From: Parasutterella excrementihominis | GTDB taxonomy: Bacteria; Bacillota_I; Bacilli_A; RFN20; CAG-826 | Assembly: GCA_963614595.1 (NCBI GenBank) | Contig: CAVECL010000002.1 | Coordinates: 5,689-69,688 of the forward strand | Length of the DNA stretch: 64,000 bases | Reading direction: 5' to 3' | In this document: positions 47,831-57,035 of the stretch, piece by piece | Layout: every line of letters starts with the position of its first letter | Position numbering within the stretch: position 1 is the stretch's first letter | Program-made: the position numbers and the translations under genes | The notes under the pieces: generated by a model | The model's input: the letters and a program-made list of their open reading frames with translations, nothing else | Database searches by the model: none | What the model was told of the DNA's origin: nothing

Positions 47831-48496
47831 ATGATTTCGGACTGGAAAACGTTCTTTGACAAGGTTCGCGCCGAACCCTACAGCAAAGCATTGCATGATT
47901 TTTTGAAGGACGAATATGCTTCTTGCGTTGTATATCCTCCCCGCGACTTGGTGCTCAATGCCTTTAATTTGACTTCGCCGGAAGATGTTAAGGCGGTTAT
48001 TATTGGGCAAGACCCCTATCACAATCCCGGCCAGGCGATGGGTTTGTCCTTTTCCGTTCCGAAAGGTATCCCTTTGCCTCCTTCTTTGGTCAATATCTAC
48101 AAAGAGATCGAAAACGATCTTGGCTGCAAGATGGACTTTAGCAATGGCGACTTGACTTGTTGGGCCAAGCAGGGCGTTCTTCTTTTGAATGCTTATTTGA
48201 CGGTTAGGGAAAACGCGCCGCTTTCTCATGCGAGGAAGGAATATGACTGCTTCGTCGCGGACGCGATGCGCTATTTGGACACCTTGGATCAGCCAATCGT
48301 TTTCTTGCTTTGGGGCGGTTTTGCGAAGAAATTCATTCCTTTTGTGAAAAATAAGAACCATTTTGTTCTGACGTCCGTTCACCCTTCTCCTCTTTCCGCG
48401 AACCGCGGAGGGTGGTTCAACGAACATCAATTTTCTAAGGCGAATGAAATCTTGGCTTCCCACGGCGCAACCCCGATTGATTGGAGCAACCAATGA
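47831..48496 (+). CDS. ung: Uracil-DNA glycosylase
   Basis: Motifs VIIGQDPYHNPGQAMGLSFSV, GVLLLNAYLTV and HPSPLSA. Confidence 0.95.
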   Translation: MISDWKTFFDKVRAEPYSKALHDFLKDEYASCVVYPPRDLVLNAFNLTSPEDVKAVIIGQDPYHNPGQAMGLSFSVPKGIPLPPSLVNIYKEIENDLGCKMDFSNGDLTCWAKQGVLLLNAYLTVRENAPLSHARKEYDCFVADAMRYLDTLDQPIVFLLWGGFAKKFIPFVKNKNHFVLTSVHPSPLSANRGGWFNEHQFSKANEILASHGATPIDWSNQ

Positions 48497-49110
48497 AGGG
48501 CGTTATCATCATCGGCAATAATCTCGACGCTGCTTTGGCGCGGGAAGAATGCGAAGGCGCTTTTGTAATCGGCGCGGACAAGGGCGCTTTCTATTGCTAC
48601 AAGAATGGCATTCGAATGGATGTTGCTGTTGGCGATTTTGATTCACTAAGCCAAGAAGAGAGGGCACGTGTGCGCTCTTTTGCAAAAAAGACGGTGACGT
48701 TAAACCCGATTAAAGACGATACGGATACGGCCCACGCTCTGTCTTTGCTCAAAGATTGCGAGGAAATTACGATCCTTGGGGGGATCCAAGGAAAACGGAT
48801 TGAACATTTTTTGGCGATACTCGATTTGCTGGCGAATGACGAACGCGTCTGTCTGAAAGACAATAATAGTTTGTTGAACGTTCTTCTTCCGGGCGATTAT
48901 GTTCTTAAAAAAGGCCCTTATAAGTTTTTTTCGATTTTCGCCGTGGAAGACTCCCTCGTTTCCTTGGAAGGTTTCGCCTATCCCTTGGACAATTTTGCTC
49001 TGAAGAGACTAAATCCTTTGGGCGTGTCGAATCAAATTGAGGGGGAAAGGGGACGCATCATCCTAAAAAAAGGAAAACTCCTTTTGGTCCGTTCTAAGTC
49101 TGACTCTTGA
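48493..49110 (+). CDS. thiN: Thiamine diphosphokinase
   Basis: ATGA overlap with ung. Motifs VAVGDFDSL, ...KDDTDTAHAL... and GGIQGKRIEHFLA. Confidence 0.8.
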   Translation: MKGVIIIGNNLDAALAREECEGAFVIGADKGAFYCYKNGIRMDVAVGDFDSLSQEERARVRSFAKKTVTLNPIKDDTDTAHALSLLKDCEEITILGGIQGKRIEHFLAILDLLANDERVCLKDNNSLLNVLLPGDYVLKKGPYKFFSIFAVEDSLVSLEGFAYPLDNFALKRLNPLGVSNQIEGERGRIILKKGKLLLVRSKSDS

Positions 49111-49143
49111 AATTGCCCGCGCCCGGTTTTAGGATTTTGCACG

Positions 49144-49231
49144 TCGATAGGGGAGCCGCAAAGGCTGAGAGGCTATCTGAAATGGTAGCGACCCTTGACC
49201 TGAACTAGGCAATGCTAGCGTAGGGAATCGA
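49144..49231 (+). promoter_or_regulatory. TPP (THI-box) riboswitch aptamer
   Basis: TCGATAGGGGAGCCGCAAAGGCTGAGAGGCTATCTGAAATGGTAGCGACCCTTGACCTGAACTAGGCAATGCTAGCGTAGGGAATCGA contains the conserved CUGAGA, ACCCUU.GACCUGA and GCGUAGGGAA elements. The P1 helix is TCGAT/ATCGA. Confidence 0.9.
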
Positions 49232-49265
49232 GCGCAATTCCGTTTTTCTTAGGATGTCTCCTTCT

Positions 49266-49298
49266 CCGTCAGCGGCCTGTTCTGACGGATTTTCTTTT
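49266..49298 (+). terminator. Riboswitch expression-platform terminator
   Basis: CCGTCAG-CGGCCTGTT-CTGACGG followed by ATTTTCTTTT, just upstream of the AGGAGG ribosome-binding site of thiT. Confidence 0.75.
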
Positions 49299-49311
49299 CT
49301 AGGAGGCACTT

Positions 49312-49986
49312 ATGGCAAAGAAAAGAACGCATGATCTGGTAATGACGATGGTCGAAATCGGCGTGATGGCCGCGCTTGGTTTCGTCTTGGATGAGCTCTC
49401 CGGCATCATGTTCAAAGGGGTTTTCGTTAACGGAGGCTCGATTGGCATCGCGATGCTTTGCGTGCTGCTCATGGCTTATCGAAGGGGGTTCGTCCCCGCC
49501 CTTGTCACGGGACTAGTGATGGGGTTGCTCGATTTGGCCACTGGCCCCTATATCATCCCGGGCGAGGCCTGGAGAGCTGTGGTCCAAGTTCTCCTCGATT
49601 ACGTTTTGGCCTATCCGATGGTTGCTTTCGCCGCTTTGTTCCGCTCCGCCTTCTTGAAGAGCGAGGGCAAAGGCAAGAAAATTCTCTTCCTTTGCTTGGG
49701 CGCGATTCTCGGCGGCTTGCTTAAGCTCTTCGTTCATTATCTTTCTGGGATTTTGTTCTGGGCCGACCCAAGCAGCTTTGCTTTCTCCTGGACGTGGATG
49801 AACCCCCATGTCTATTGTTTTCTCTATAACGCTTTATACGTTTTGCCTTGCCTTGCTTTGTCCTTGGCCTTTTTGCTCGTCCTCTATTGGAGAATACCGA
49901 GTCTTTTAAAAGACCCTGAACGGCTCTATTCCCGCGGAAAAGAGAAAGAAGAGACGCCTGAAGCATCGGAAAAGGAGGAGAAATAA
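49312..49986 (+). CDS. thiT: Thiamine transporter, ECF S-component ThiT-like
   Basis: Six-TM protein. The N-terminus ...THDLVMTMVEIGVMAALGFVLDEL is typical of ThiT. It lies directly downstream of the TPP riboswitch. Confidence 0.8.
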   Translation: MAKKRTHDLVMTMVEIGVMAALGFVLDELSGIMFKGVFVNGGSIGIAMLCVLLMAYRRGFVPALVTGLVMGLLDLATGPYIIPGEAWRAVVQVLLDYVLAYPMVAFAALFRSAFLKSEGKGKKILFLCLGAILGGLLKLFVHYLSGILFWADPSSFAFSWTWMNPHVYCFLYNALYVLPCLALSLAFLLVLYWRIPSLLKDPERLYSRGKEKEETPEASEKEEK

Positions 49987-49987
49987 C

Positions 49988-50383
49988 ATGGTTTTGCCTA
50001 TTGGAATATTGACTTTAGGAACGGGGATGTTCGGCTGCTTCCTCTCCTACTATATCTTGTCTTTCGCTTCTTATAACGATGGATGGGGGACGGACGTTTC
50101 CTTTAACGAAGATTACCTTATCCTTGCTTTGATTGGACTTTTCCTCGCAGTCCTTGGGGCTTTCTTGCTCTTTGCTCATCTCAAGAAGAAAGAAAACAAA
50201 AATATCCTTTTTGGAGGGCTTTCCGCGATTAGCCTTATTTCCCTTGTTTACGCCTTGTTCATGGTGATCAAAAGCTATGTGAAAAACCTTTCCGCCACTC
50301 CGTTTTATTGGGGCTGGTTCTTCGTTTCCTTGCTAATGGGATTGCTTTCCGCTTGCCTGCTTAAAACCAAAGAAACGAAGTAA
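49988..50383 (+). CDS. Small 4-TM membrane protein, unknown
   Basis: Starts 1 nt after the thiT stop and has four hydrophobic helices. Confidence 0.5.
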   Translation: MVLPIGILTLGTGMFGCFLSYYILSFASYNDGWGTDVSFNEDYLILALIGLFLAVLGAFLLFAHLKKKENKNILFGGLSAISLISLVYALFMVIKSYVKNLSATPFYWGWFFVSLLMGLLSACLLKTKETK

Positions 50384-50473
50384 ATGGAATCCACCTTAAT
50401 TCCCTTGAGTTTTTAAAGGATATTTTTCGCGCCCGTGTTATAGTTCCTCCGTTCAAATTCTAAGGAGGCCCAT

Positions 50474-51685
50474 ATGGAAGAAGAAAAGAAAGATACCCTT
50501 CCTTCTCAGGAAGAAAATCCCGCCCAAGAAACGATTGCTGAGCAGAAGAAGGAAATTGCAGCCGAACCTGCTTCTGGACCCATCGTTGAGCCTATCGATG
50601 ACGATGATTTCGCTGACACAAAACGCAATGCCGAAATCGAAGCCGCAAAGTTAAAGAAGCAAGAAGAGGACGCGGTTAAAAAAGAGGAAGAAGAGGAGGA
50701 AGAAGCCCTCGAAGAGCTTCCTGATCCTTTTCCGGAACAAGCTTCTTACGAGTACACGGACGACCTTTTGGATAACATTGAGAAGGCCCGCGTCGCTTTC
50801 TATAAGGAATATAAGAAGATCAACGGCATTAAAATTGCCCTCTCCGTGGTTGGCCTAGCCATCATTATCCTGTTCTGGATTTTGCCTAACGCCCTGAAAT
50901 GGGGAGGCGATAATTCCGTTGTTCCGATGGTGGTTTCGCTTTCTGTCGCCGCAGGGGTTCTTGCTCTTCTCGGCGTGATGTCCTTCTTCACCAGAAAAGC
51001 CAACGACAAAAGAGTCAAAGCTTACTTCGGCGTTCTCTACGAAAATCTTAATCAATATATATTCAGCGGCATCCCCGCGGAGAATATTCAGGGGAAGGTC
51101 GAGGATAAGATTTCCAAAGACGAATTCGCCGCGTGCGGCATGTATCCTGGCGCCTCTTCCATTGGCAGTCGCGACAACATCACCTTCACTTATCACGACA
51201 TGGACTGCGCCCTCGCCGATGCCGCCGCCCAAAAAGAAGCCGGCAAAGCGATGCAAACCGTCTTCGTGGGAAAGTACCTCCGCACCACGAACAATTTCCA
51301 AGGGAAGGAAGGCGGCCTCGTCATTTATTTCCGCGGCAACAAAAGAGCCCTTCCTCCCGAAATCCTCCCGAAGCTCAATCTTTTGGAAAAGAACAAGTTC
51401 TACAAGATCTATGGCGATCCCAGCGACAAGAAATATTTGACCCCGAAGATCCGTTCGATGCTTAAGGAAATCCATACGAACAAGGTCCTCGTCGATGTGG
51501 CGATTGCCATCAAACCCGGAAAGACCTACTTCGCCCTTGGCTATGAAGATTCCTTGATGGTCCTCCCGATGCAAAAACCCTTCAACCCCGGTCCGACTCG
51601 CGAGTACAAAGAAGAACTTGCGACGTTCCTAGAGCTCGCTTATGCCTTCTATGAAAAGAAAGGCGAAAGCAAAGACGCGGAATGA
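50474..51685 (+). CDS. Membrane protein with an acidic N-terminal tail, two TM helices and a C-terminal globular domain (possibly DUF3137-like)
   Basis: AAGGAGG ribosome-binding site. The first ~85 aa are E/K/D-rich (KKEEEEEEEALEE). TM pair at about aa 120-170. The family assignment is unverified. Confidence 0.55.
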   Translation: MEEEKKDTLPSQEENPAQETIAEQKKEIAAEPASGPIVEPIDDDDFADTKRNAEIEAAKLKKQEEDAVKKEEEEEEEALEELPDPFPEQASYEYTDDLLDNIEKARVAFYKEYKKINGIKIALSVVGLAIIILFWILPNALKWGGDNSVVPMVVSLSVAAGVLALLGVMSFFTRKANDKRVKAYFGVLYENLNQYIFSGIPAENIQGKVEDKISKDEFAACGMYPGASSIGSRDNITFTYHDMDCALADAAAQKEAGKAMQTVFVGKYLRTTNNFQGKEGGLVIYFRGNKRALPPEILPKLNLLEKNKFYKIYGDPSDKKYLTPKIRSMLKEIHTNKVLVDVAIAIKPGKTYFALGYEDSLMVLPMQKPFNPGPTREYKEELATFLELAYAFYEKKGESKDAE

Positions 51686-51691
51686 ATGATT

Positions 51692-51719
51692 GCCCCTCGT
51701 TAACGAGGGGCTTCTTTTT
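51692..51719 (+). terminator. Rho-independent terminator
   Basis: GCCCCTCG-TTAA-CGAGGGGC followed by TTCTTTTT, 7 nt after the stop codon. Confidence 0.85.
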
Positions 51720-51797
51720 ATTCTCGCAAGCGCATATCGCGCTTATAATAAGCCCGCAAAGGAATCCGACGTTTGGATTTCTTCTTGGTAACCTCGT

Positions 51798-52364
51798 ATG
51801 AATGAAGTAGATCCCAGATTCGCGCGCTGGATGAAAGTCCAGGCGTACAAACACGATGGGGCCCTCCACCGCCAATGGTCCCCGGCTTATCTCGTCGAAG
51901 AAAATGACGAATATTGGGCTTTGGCGTCCAAAATGAGTTCCGTCACGGAAAATGACGGCCGCAAATGGATGACCAAAGAAAAAGCCGTTTTCGTTCTCTT
52001 TAAGAAACGCTGGATGAACGTGATTTGCATGTTCAAGGAAGGGCAAGGGATCTGCTATTACGTAAACATTGCAACCCCTACGATTCTTGATAATGGGTAT
52101 TTGAAGTACATTGATTACGATTTGGACGTCAAACTTTATCCAAATCACACCGAAAAGACCCTCGACGAAAATGAATTCGAGCGTCATATCCAGACGTATG
52201 GCTATTCCCCTGAATTAACGGCGGCCATCCAAAAATCCGCGGAAGAAGTCAAAGAAATGATTAACCGCGGGGAAGCTCCTTTCGTCGATTCTTTCGTCAC
52301 GAGGCTTTACAACAAATTTTTGATGGAAAATAAGCCCATCGCCCCCGCGAACCGCAAGGGGTAG
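51798..52364 (+). CDS. DUF402 family nucleoside tri-/diphosphatase (Ntdp/YgaC-like)
   Basis: ...VQAYKHDGALHRQWS..., WMNVICMFKE..ICYYVNIATP and YIDYDLDVKLYPN are typical of UPF0374/DUF402. Confidence 0.8.
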   Translation: MNEVDPRFARWMKVQAYKHDGALHRQWSPAYLVEENDEYWALASKMSSVTENDGRKWMTKEKAVFVLFKKRWMNVICMFKEGQGICYYVNIATPTILDNGYLKYIDYDLDVKLYPNHTEKTLDENEFERHIQTYGYSPELTAAIQKSAEEVKEMINRGEAPFVDSFVTRLYNKFLMENKPIAPANRKG

Positions 52365-52405
52365 CTTCGCCTCCTCTCTTGCGGGGGTATATAATCGCAT
52401 CGCTT

Positions 52406-52867
52406 ATGGAAAAAACTTTTGTCACGCATAGCAAAGAAGAAACCCGTTCCCTTGGGAAGCGCCTTTCCGCCCTCTTAAACGAAGGAGACGTGATTCTTCT
52501 TGAAGGCGACTTAGGCGCAGGCAAAACGACTTTTGTCGGCGGCGTCGGCGAAGGGCTCAACGTGAAAGAAGACGTCATCTCGCCGACTTTCAACATCATG
52601 AAATGCTATTTCCATGGCACTCTTCCTCTTTACCACATCGATGCTTACCGTCTTGAGGGACAAAACATCGAGATTGGCTTAGACGAATATATCGAGGGCG
52701 ATGGCGCGTGTTTTATCGAATGGCCTCAGTTTATTTCCCCTCTTATCCCCGATGATAAATTGGAAATCGTTCTCACGAACAAAGGCGAGAATGATAGGTC
52801 CATCACTTTCAAAAGCGAATCGCCACGTTTCGCAAAAGTGATTGAGCAAATGGAGGTAGAAGCATGA
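52406..52867 (+). CDS. tsaE: tRNA t6A37 biosynthesis ATPase TsaE
   Basis: LEGDLGAGKTTFVGG, SPTFNIMKCY and YHIDAYRL. I chose the ATG at 52406. Confidence 0.9.
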   Translation: MEKTFVTHSKEETRSLGKRLSALLNEGDVILLEGDLGAGKTTFVGGVGEGLNVKEDVISPTFNIMKCYFHGTLPLYHIDAYRLEGQNIEIGLDEYIEGDGACFIEWPQFISPLIPDDKLEIVLTNKGENDRSITFKSESPRFAKVIEQMEVEA

Positions 52868-53919
52868 TTGGCCTTCTTTTGGATAGCTCAGATAAAAATC
52901 TTTCTGCAGGCTTAGTAAAAGACCATGTTTTTTTAGGCAAGGTCTCTTATGAAGCCTGGCAAAGACAAAGCGAGCTTCTCGTGGATGAGATTCATAAGCT
53001 CCTTCTTAATAACGGGCTAAGCGGCAAAGACATCAATTATGTCGTGTGTTCGAAAGGCCCCGGCTCCTACACGGGCGTGCGCATCGCCTTGACCATTGCC
53101 AAAACAATTTGCTTCGCTCTTGGCATTCCTTTGTATCTCGCCTCATCTTTGGAAGTGCTGCAGCATCAAGGCAATGTATCCGCTTGTCTTTCCAATGCCC
53201 GCGGAAAACGGAGCTATTTTGCTGTTTATGACGGCGAGAACGCTATTGAAAAAGACTGCATTTTAGAAAACGAAGAGGTTTTTGCGTACTTTTCTTCGCA
53301 TCCAGAGATCACGCCTTGCGGCGATATCAAGTACCTTGGGCTTCAAAGCGCCCTTTATGACGTCTTAGAGAATCTCAACCGTTGCGACACCCCTGCGCAT
53401 CGTTGCGAAGAGCCTCTTGGCGCAAAGCCGGTTTATTTGAAGGATGACTACGACAAAGGACATTTCAAGACCATCGTGAGGAAGATGCTCCCTAGCGATA
53501 TGGAAGCTGTTATGAAAATCGAGAATGAGGTTTTCGTAGCCCCTTACACCGAAGCTCAGATGCTTTACGAGCTGAATGAGAACCCTGTTTCTCACCTCTA
53601 CTGCGCGGTTGTCGATAACGAGGTCGTCGGGTTTGTTGACTTTTCCATAACCTTTAATTCCGCGTACATTTCTCAGATCGGCGTGAAAGAGGCTTTTAGA
53701 AGGAAAGGAATCGGCAACCTGCTTATTGGCCAAATCATCAAAGACTGCGAATCTCAAGAAGACCCCGTTGAGTTCCTGACGTTAGAAGTGAGAGAAAGCA
53801 ACGAGAACGCTCAAAAGTTCTATAAGAAGCATAAATTCCAGGCAATCACCGTCAAAAAAGGATATTACTCCAATGGTGAGAATGCCGTGGCGATGGTAAG
53901 GAGTCTCATCCATGGCTAA
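52864..53919 (+). CDS. tsaB: TsaB (t6A37 biosynthesis) fused in-frame to RimI-type ribosomal-protein-alanine N-acetyltransferase
   Basis: Aa 1-~195 show the TsaB pattern (LLLDSSDKNLSAGL..., VCSKGPGSYTGVRIALTIAKT). Aa ~205-351 show a GNAT/RimI pattern (IGVKEAFRRKGIGNLLI, LEVRESNENAQKFYKKHKF). There is no stop codon between them. Confidence 0.85.
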   Translation: MIGLLLDSSDKNLSAGLVKDHVFLGKVSYEAWQRQSELLVDEIHKLLLNNGLSGKDINYVVCSKGPGSYTGVRIALTIAKTICFALGIPLYLASSLEVLQHQGNVSACLSNARGKRSYFAVYDGENAIEKDCILENEEVFAYFSSHPEITPCGDIKYLGLQSALYDVLENLNRCDTPAHRCEEPLGAKPVYLKDDYDKGHFKTIVRKMLPSDMEAVMKIENEVFVAPYTEAQMLYELNENPVSHLYCAVVDNEVVGFVDFSITFNSAYISQIGVKEAFRRKGIGNLLIGQIIKDCESQEDPVEFLTLEVRESNENAQKFYKKHKFQAITVKKGYYSNGENAVAMVRSLIHG

Positions 53920-54937
53920 GATTTTGGCAATTGAATCAAGCTGCGACGAAACGGCCGTGGCAATCACGGATAACGGAAAGCTTTTGGCCAACGTTGTCGC
54001 AACCCAGATTTCAGTTCATGAGAAATTTGGCGGCGTCATGCCCGAAATCGCCTCTCGTCTTCACACGGAAAACATCGCCGTCTGCTTGAAAGAGGCCCTT
54101 GAGGAAAGCCATTTGGCATTTGAGGACATGGATGCTTTCGCGGTCACTCGCGGCCCTGGCCTTATTGGATGCCTTCACGTTGGCCTTCAAGCGGCGAAAA
54201 CCCTTGCGATGCTTTACGCTAAGCCTTTAATCCCCGTGCATCATTTGGCTGGGCACATCTATGCGAATGAGTACGTCGGCGAATTCATTTACCCTATGCT
54301 TTGCGTAGTCGTTTCCGGCGGGAACACCGAGCTTGTTCTTATGAAAGGCGACTTGGATTTTGAGATCGTCGGCGAAACAAAAGACGACGCGGTTGGCGAA
54401 TGCTACGACAAAGTCGCCCGCGTTCTGGGACTCCCTTATCCCGGTGGACTGCCAATCGATCAGCACGCGAAGAAAGGCCAGCATGCTTATCAACTGCCTA
54501 TCCCTGATGCGGGGCCTAGCGCCGGAAAATACGATTTCTCTTATTCAGGGCTTAAGACCTCGGTCATCAACCTTGTCAATTCGATGAAAATGAAGGGCGA
54601 GACGGTAAACATTGACGACATGGCTCGATCGTTCCAGGACGTCGCAATCGGCATGGTCGTCGAAAAGGCTCTCCGTGCGGCAAGTGACTATCATGTTAAG
54701 CAGGTTGTTTTAGCCGGCGGAGTTTCCGCGAATAGCTATCTCCGCGAGCAAATGAAGGCCAAGCTCGAAGGCACTGGAATCGACTTGATCATTCCGCCTC
54801 TTTGGTGCACTACCGATAATGCGGCGATGATTGCGAAAGTTGCTGAAAGACTGTATGAGCGCAAAATTTTCGCTCCGCTTACTTTGGGGGTTGACCCCAA
54901 CTGGAAAATCGACCATTGGATGGATTTTGACGAATAA
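53912..54937 (+). CDS. tsaD: tRNA N6-adenosine threonylcarbamoyltransferase TsaD
   Basis: ILAIESSCDETAVA, VTRGPGLIGCLHVG, HHLAGHI, VVSGGNTEL and LAGGVSANSYLR. Confidence 0.95.
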   Translation: MAKILAIESSCDETAVAITDNGKLLANVVATQISVHEKFGGVMPEIASRLHTENIAVCLKEALEESHLAFEDMDAFAVTRGPGLIGCLHVGLQAAKTLAMLYAKPLIPVHHLAGHIYANEYVGEFIYPMLCVVVSGGNTELVLMKGDLDFEIVGETKDDAVGECYDKVARVLGLPYPGGLPIDQHAKKGQHAYQLPIPDAGPSAGKYDFSYSGLKTSVINLVNSMKMKGETVNIDDMARSFQDVAIGMVVEKALRAASDYHVKQVVLAGGVSANSYLREQMKAKLEGTGIDLIIPPLWCTTDNAAMIAKVAERLYERKIFAPLTLGVDPNWKIDHWMDFDE

Positions 54938-54970
54938 CGTGTTTTTGCGACGTTTTCCTACGATAAGAAA

Positions 54971-55354
54971 TTAGCTTATTTTTTCGACGTTTTCTTCTTT
55001 ATAAGGCAGAATTGCGGGGAAATCATCCCCGTCTTTTATGACTTGAACCGCTAGGGCGTGTTTTTCGGGATAGACGTCCATGACGATTCCTTTTAAGCCC
55101 GCTGGATAGCCGGCCACTTCCGCCTTCGTTATTACGTGCTCACCTTTTTCGAAAGGAGAAACCATGCCTTCTTTTTCCAATGGACGGAGCTCTTCCGGGT
55201 AATAGGAAGCGTTGCCGATAAGAGCGTCTTCCGTCGCATAAAAGCCGACCGTATACCCCTCTTTATGGACGGCATCGATAACGCCGACATCGCCTTCTTT
55301 TGCAACGCCTCGCTCGACCAATACAATGACCTTGTCACCCACTTTGTACTTCAT
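54971..55354 (-). CDS. Small cytoplasmic protein with two tandem SH3/Tudor-like beta-barrel repeats, unknown function
   Basis: I chose the ATG at 55354 (MKYKVGDKVIVL...). There is an internal repeat: KVGDKVIVLVERGVAKEGDVGVIDAV versus FEKGEHVITKAEVAGYPAGLKGIVMDV. Confidence 0.5.
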   Translation of the reverse strand: MKYKVGDKVIVLVERGVAKEGDVGVIDAVHKEGYTVGFYATEDALIGNASYYPEELRPLEKEGMVSPFEKGEHVITKAEVAGYPAGLKGIVMDVYPEKHALAVQVIKDGDDFPAILPYKEENVEKIS

Positions 55355-55438
55355 GCGCTTTAGTTTATTCCTATTTGGGCCCCGGAAAACCTTTTTCGCC
55401 CTTAAAAAATACGAATTACGTAGTAAACTAATTTTGCT

Positions 55439-56833
55439 ATGCAACCGAAAGCCATCACTGTTTCCGAACTCAATGCTCGCTTCGCGAAGAAAGAAGAAAT
55501 CGCGAACCTCGATTCTGTCCTCTTGGAAGGATGGGTGCGCACGAACCGCGATTCGGGGTCAATTGGGTTCATTGCTTTAAACGACGGCACCTGCTTTAAA
55601 AACATTCAGGTCGTTTACGATGACAAGATCGCTAATCACGATGTTGTGTCGCACCTTCTTACCGGTGCCGCAATCTTGGTAAAGGGGAAAATCGTTATGA
55701 CCCCTGAAATGAAGCAGCCTTTTGAAGTGCACGCTTCTGAAATCGAAGTGTTAGGGGACGTCGCCTCCGATTATCCGCTTCAAAAGAAGCGCCATAGTTT
55801 CGAATATCTTCGTGATGAAGCCTATTTGCGTCCTCGCACGAATACCTTCTCCGCCCTTTATCGCGTCCGTTCCTCTTTGGCTTTGGGCATTCATGAATTC
55901 TTTCAGTCCCGTGGCTTTGTTTACGTCCATACGCCTGAATTTACTGGAAATGACGCCGAGGGCGCCGGTCAGGTCTTCAGCGTTTGCACGAAAGACAAAG
56001 ATGGAAAGCTAAGCGAAACCGACTTCTTCGGAAAGAAGGTTTCCCTGACCGTTTCCGGGCAGCTTCACGTTGAGGCTTTTGCCCTCGCTTTCCGCGACGT
56101 TTATACCTTCGGCCCAACCTTCCGCGCGGAAAAATCCAACACTCCCCGCCACGCGTCCGAGTTTTGGATGATTGAGCCCGAACTTGCTTTCGCCGACCTC
56201 GATGATGATATGGCGTGTATGGAAGAATGCATTAAGTGGTGCATCAACTGGGTTTTGGAAAAATGCCCGGACGAGATGGCTTTCTTCGACAAGATGATCG
56301 CCCCCGGATTGCTTGATAAACTTCATCGCGTTTATTCCACTCCTTTCATCAAAATGGAATACACCCAAGGCATCGAACTGCTTCAGAAAGCCGTGAAAGA
56401 CGGGCACAAGTTCGATGATTGCGATATCTATTGGGGCAAAGATTTGGCTTCGGAGCATGAACGTTACCTAACAGAGGAAATTGCGAAAGGACCGCTCTTC
56501 CTCATTAACTACCCCAAAGAAATCAAGGCTTTCTACATGAAGGAGAATCCGGACGGGAAAACCGTGGCCGCTTGCGACTGCCTTGTTCCTGGGGAGGGAG
56601 AAATCATTGGGGGCAGCCAACGCGAAGAACGGTATGACGTCCTTAAGAAAAAGATGGAAAAAGCCGGCAACGCCGCTGAGCTTGAATGGTATCTCAACCT
56701 TAGAAAATACGGCGGATGCATCCATTCGGGCTTCGGCATCGGCTTCGATCGCTTGCTTATGTATTTGACCGGCGTTGCGAACATTCGTGATACTGAGCCC
56801 TTCCCCCGCACTTCTTCTGCCTTAAAATATTAA
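55439..56833 (+). CDS. asnS: Asparagine--tRNA ligase
   Basis: OB N-domain GWVRTNRDSGSIGFIALNDG. Class II motifs FRAEKSNTPRHASEFWMIEPE and GFGIGFDRLLMY. Confidence 0.95.
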   Translation: MQPKAITVSELNARFAKKEEIANLDSVLLEGWVRTNRDSGSIGFIALNDGTCFKNIQVVYDDKIANHDVVSHLLTGAAILVKGKIVMTPEMKQPFEVHASEIEVLGDVASDYPLQKKRHSFEYLRDEAYLRPRTNTFSALYRVRSSLALGIHEFFQSRGFVYVHTPEFTGNDAEGAGQVFSVCTKDKDGKLSETDFFGKKVSLTVSGQLHVEAFALAFRDVYTFGPTFRAEKSNTPRHASEFWMIEPELAFADLDDDMACMEECIKWCINWVLEKCPDEMAFFDKMIAPGLLDKLHRVYSTPFIKMEYTQGIELLQKAVKDGHKFDDCDIYWGKDLASEHERYLTEEIAKGPLFLINYPKEIKAFYMKENPDGKTVAACDCLVPGEGEIIGGSQREERYDVLKKKMEKAGNAAELEWYLNLRKYGGCIHSGFGIGFDRLLMYLTGVANIRDTEPFPRTSSALKY

Positions 56834-56837
56834 TCCC

Positions 56838-57035
56838 ATGGACAATGTGAACCTCACGAATCAAAATCAAGCCGATCAGGCCTTGCCGGGCAACTCTTTT
56901 GTCACCACCGATATGCCCGATCCCGAGAAGGCGAGAAAACAACTCGCCCATAAGAGAGCTTTCTTTGTTCTTTTGGGTCTTATCGTCGTGGTTGCTTGTT
57001 TGATTGCCTGGGAGATTATTGATTTAGTTTTATGA
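56838..57035 (+). CDS. Small single-pass membrane protein
   Basis: Starts 4 nt after asnS. C-terminal TM helix FFVLLGLIVVVACLIAWEII. ATGA overlap with the next gene. Confidence 0.45.
   Translation: MDNVNLTNQNQADQALPGNSFVTTDMPDPEKARKQLAHKRAFFVLLGLIVVVACLIAWEIIDLVL

Noticed and set aside
55355-55438. A T-box leader upstream of asnS.
   Set aside because: Only 84 bp are available, and no specifier-loop or T-box sequence is visible. That is too short for a T-box riboswitch.
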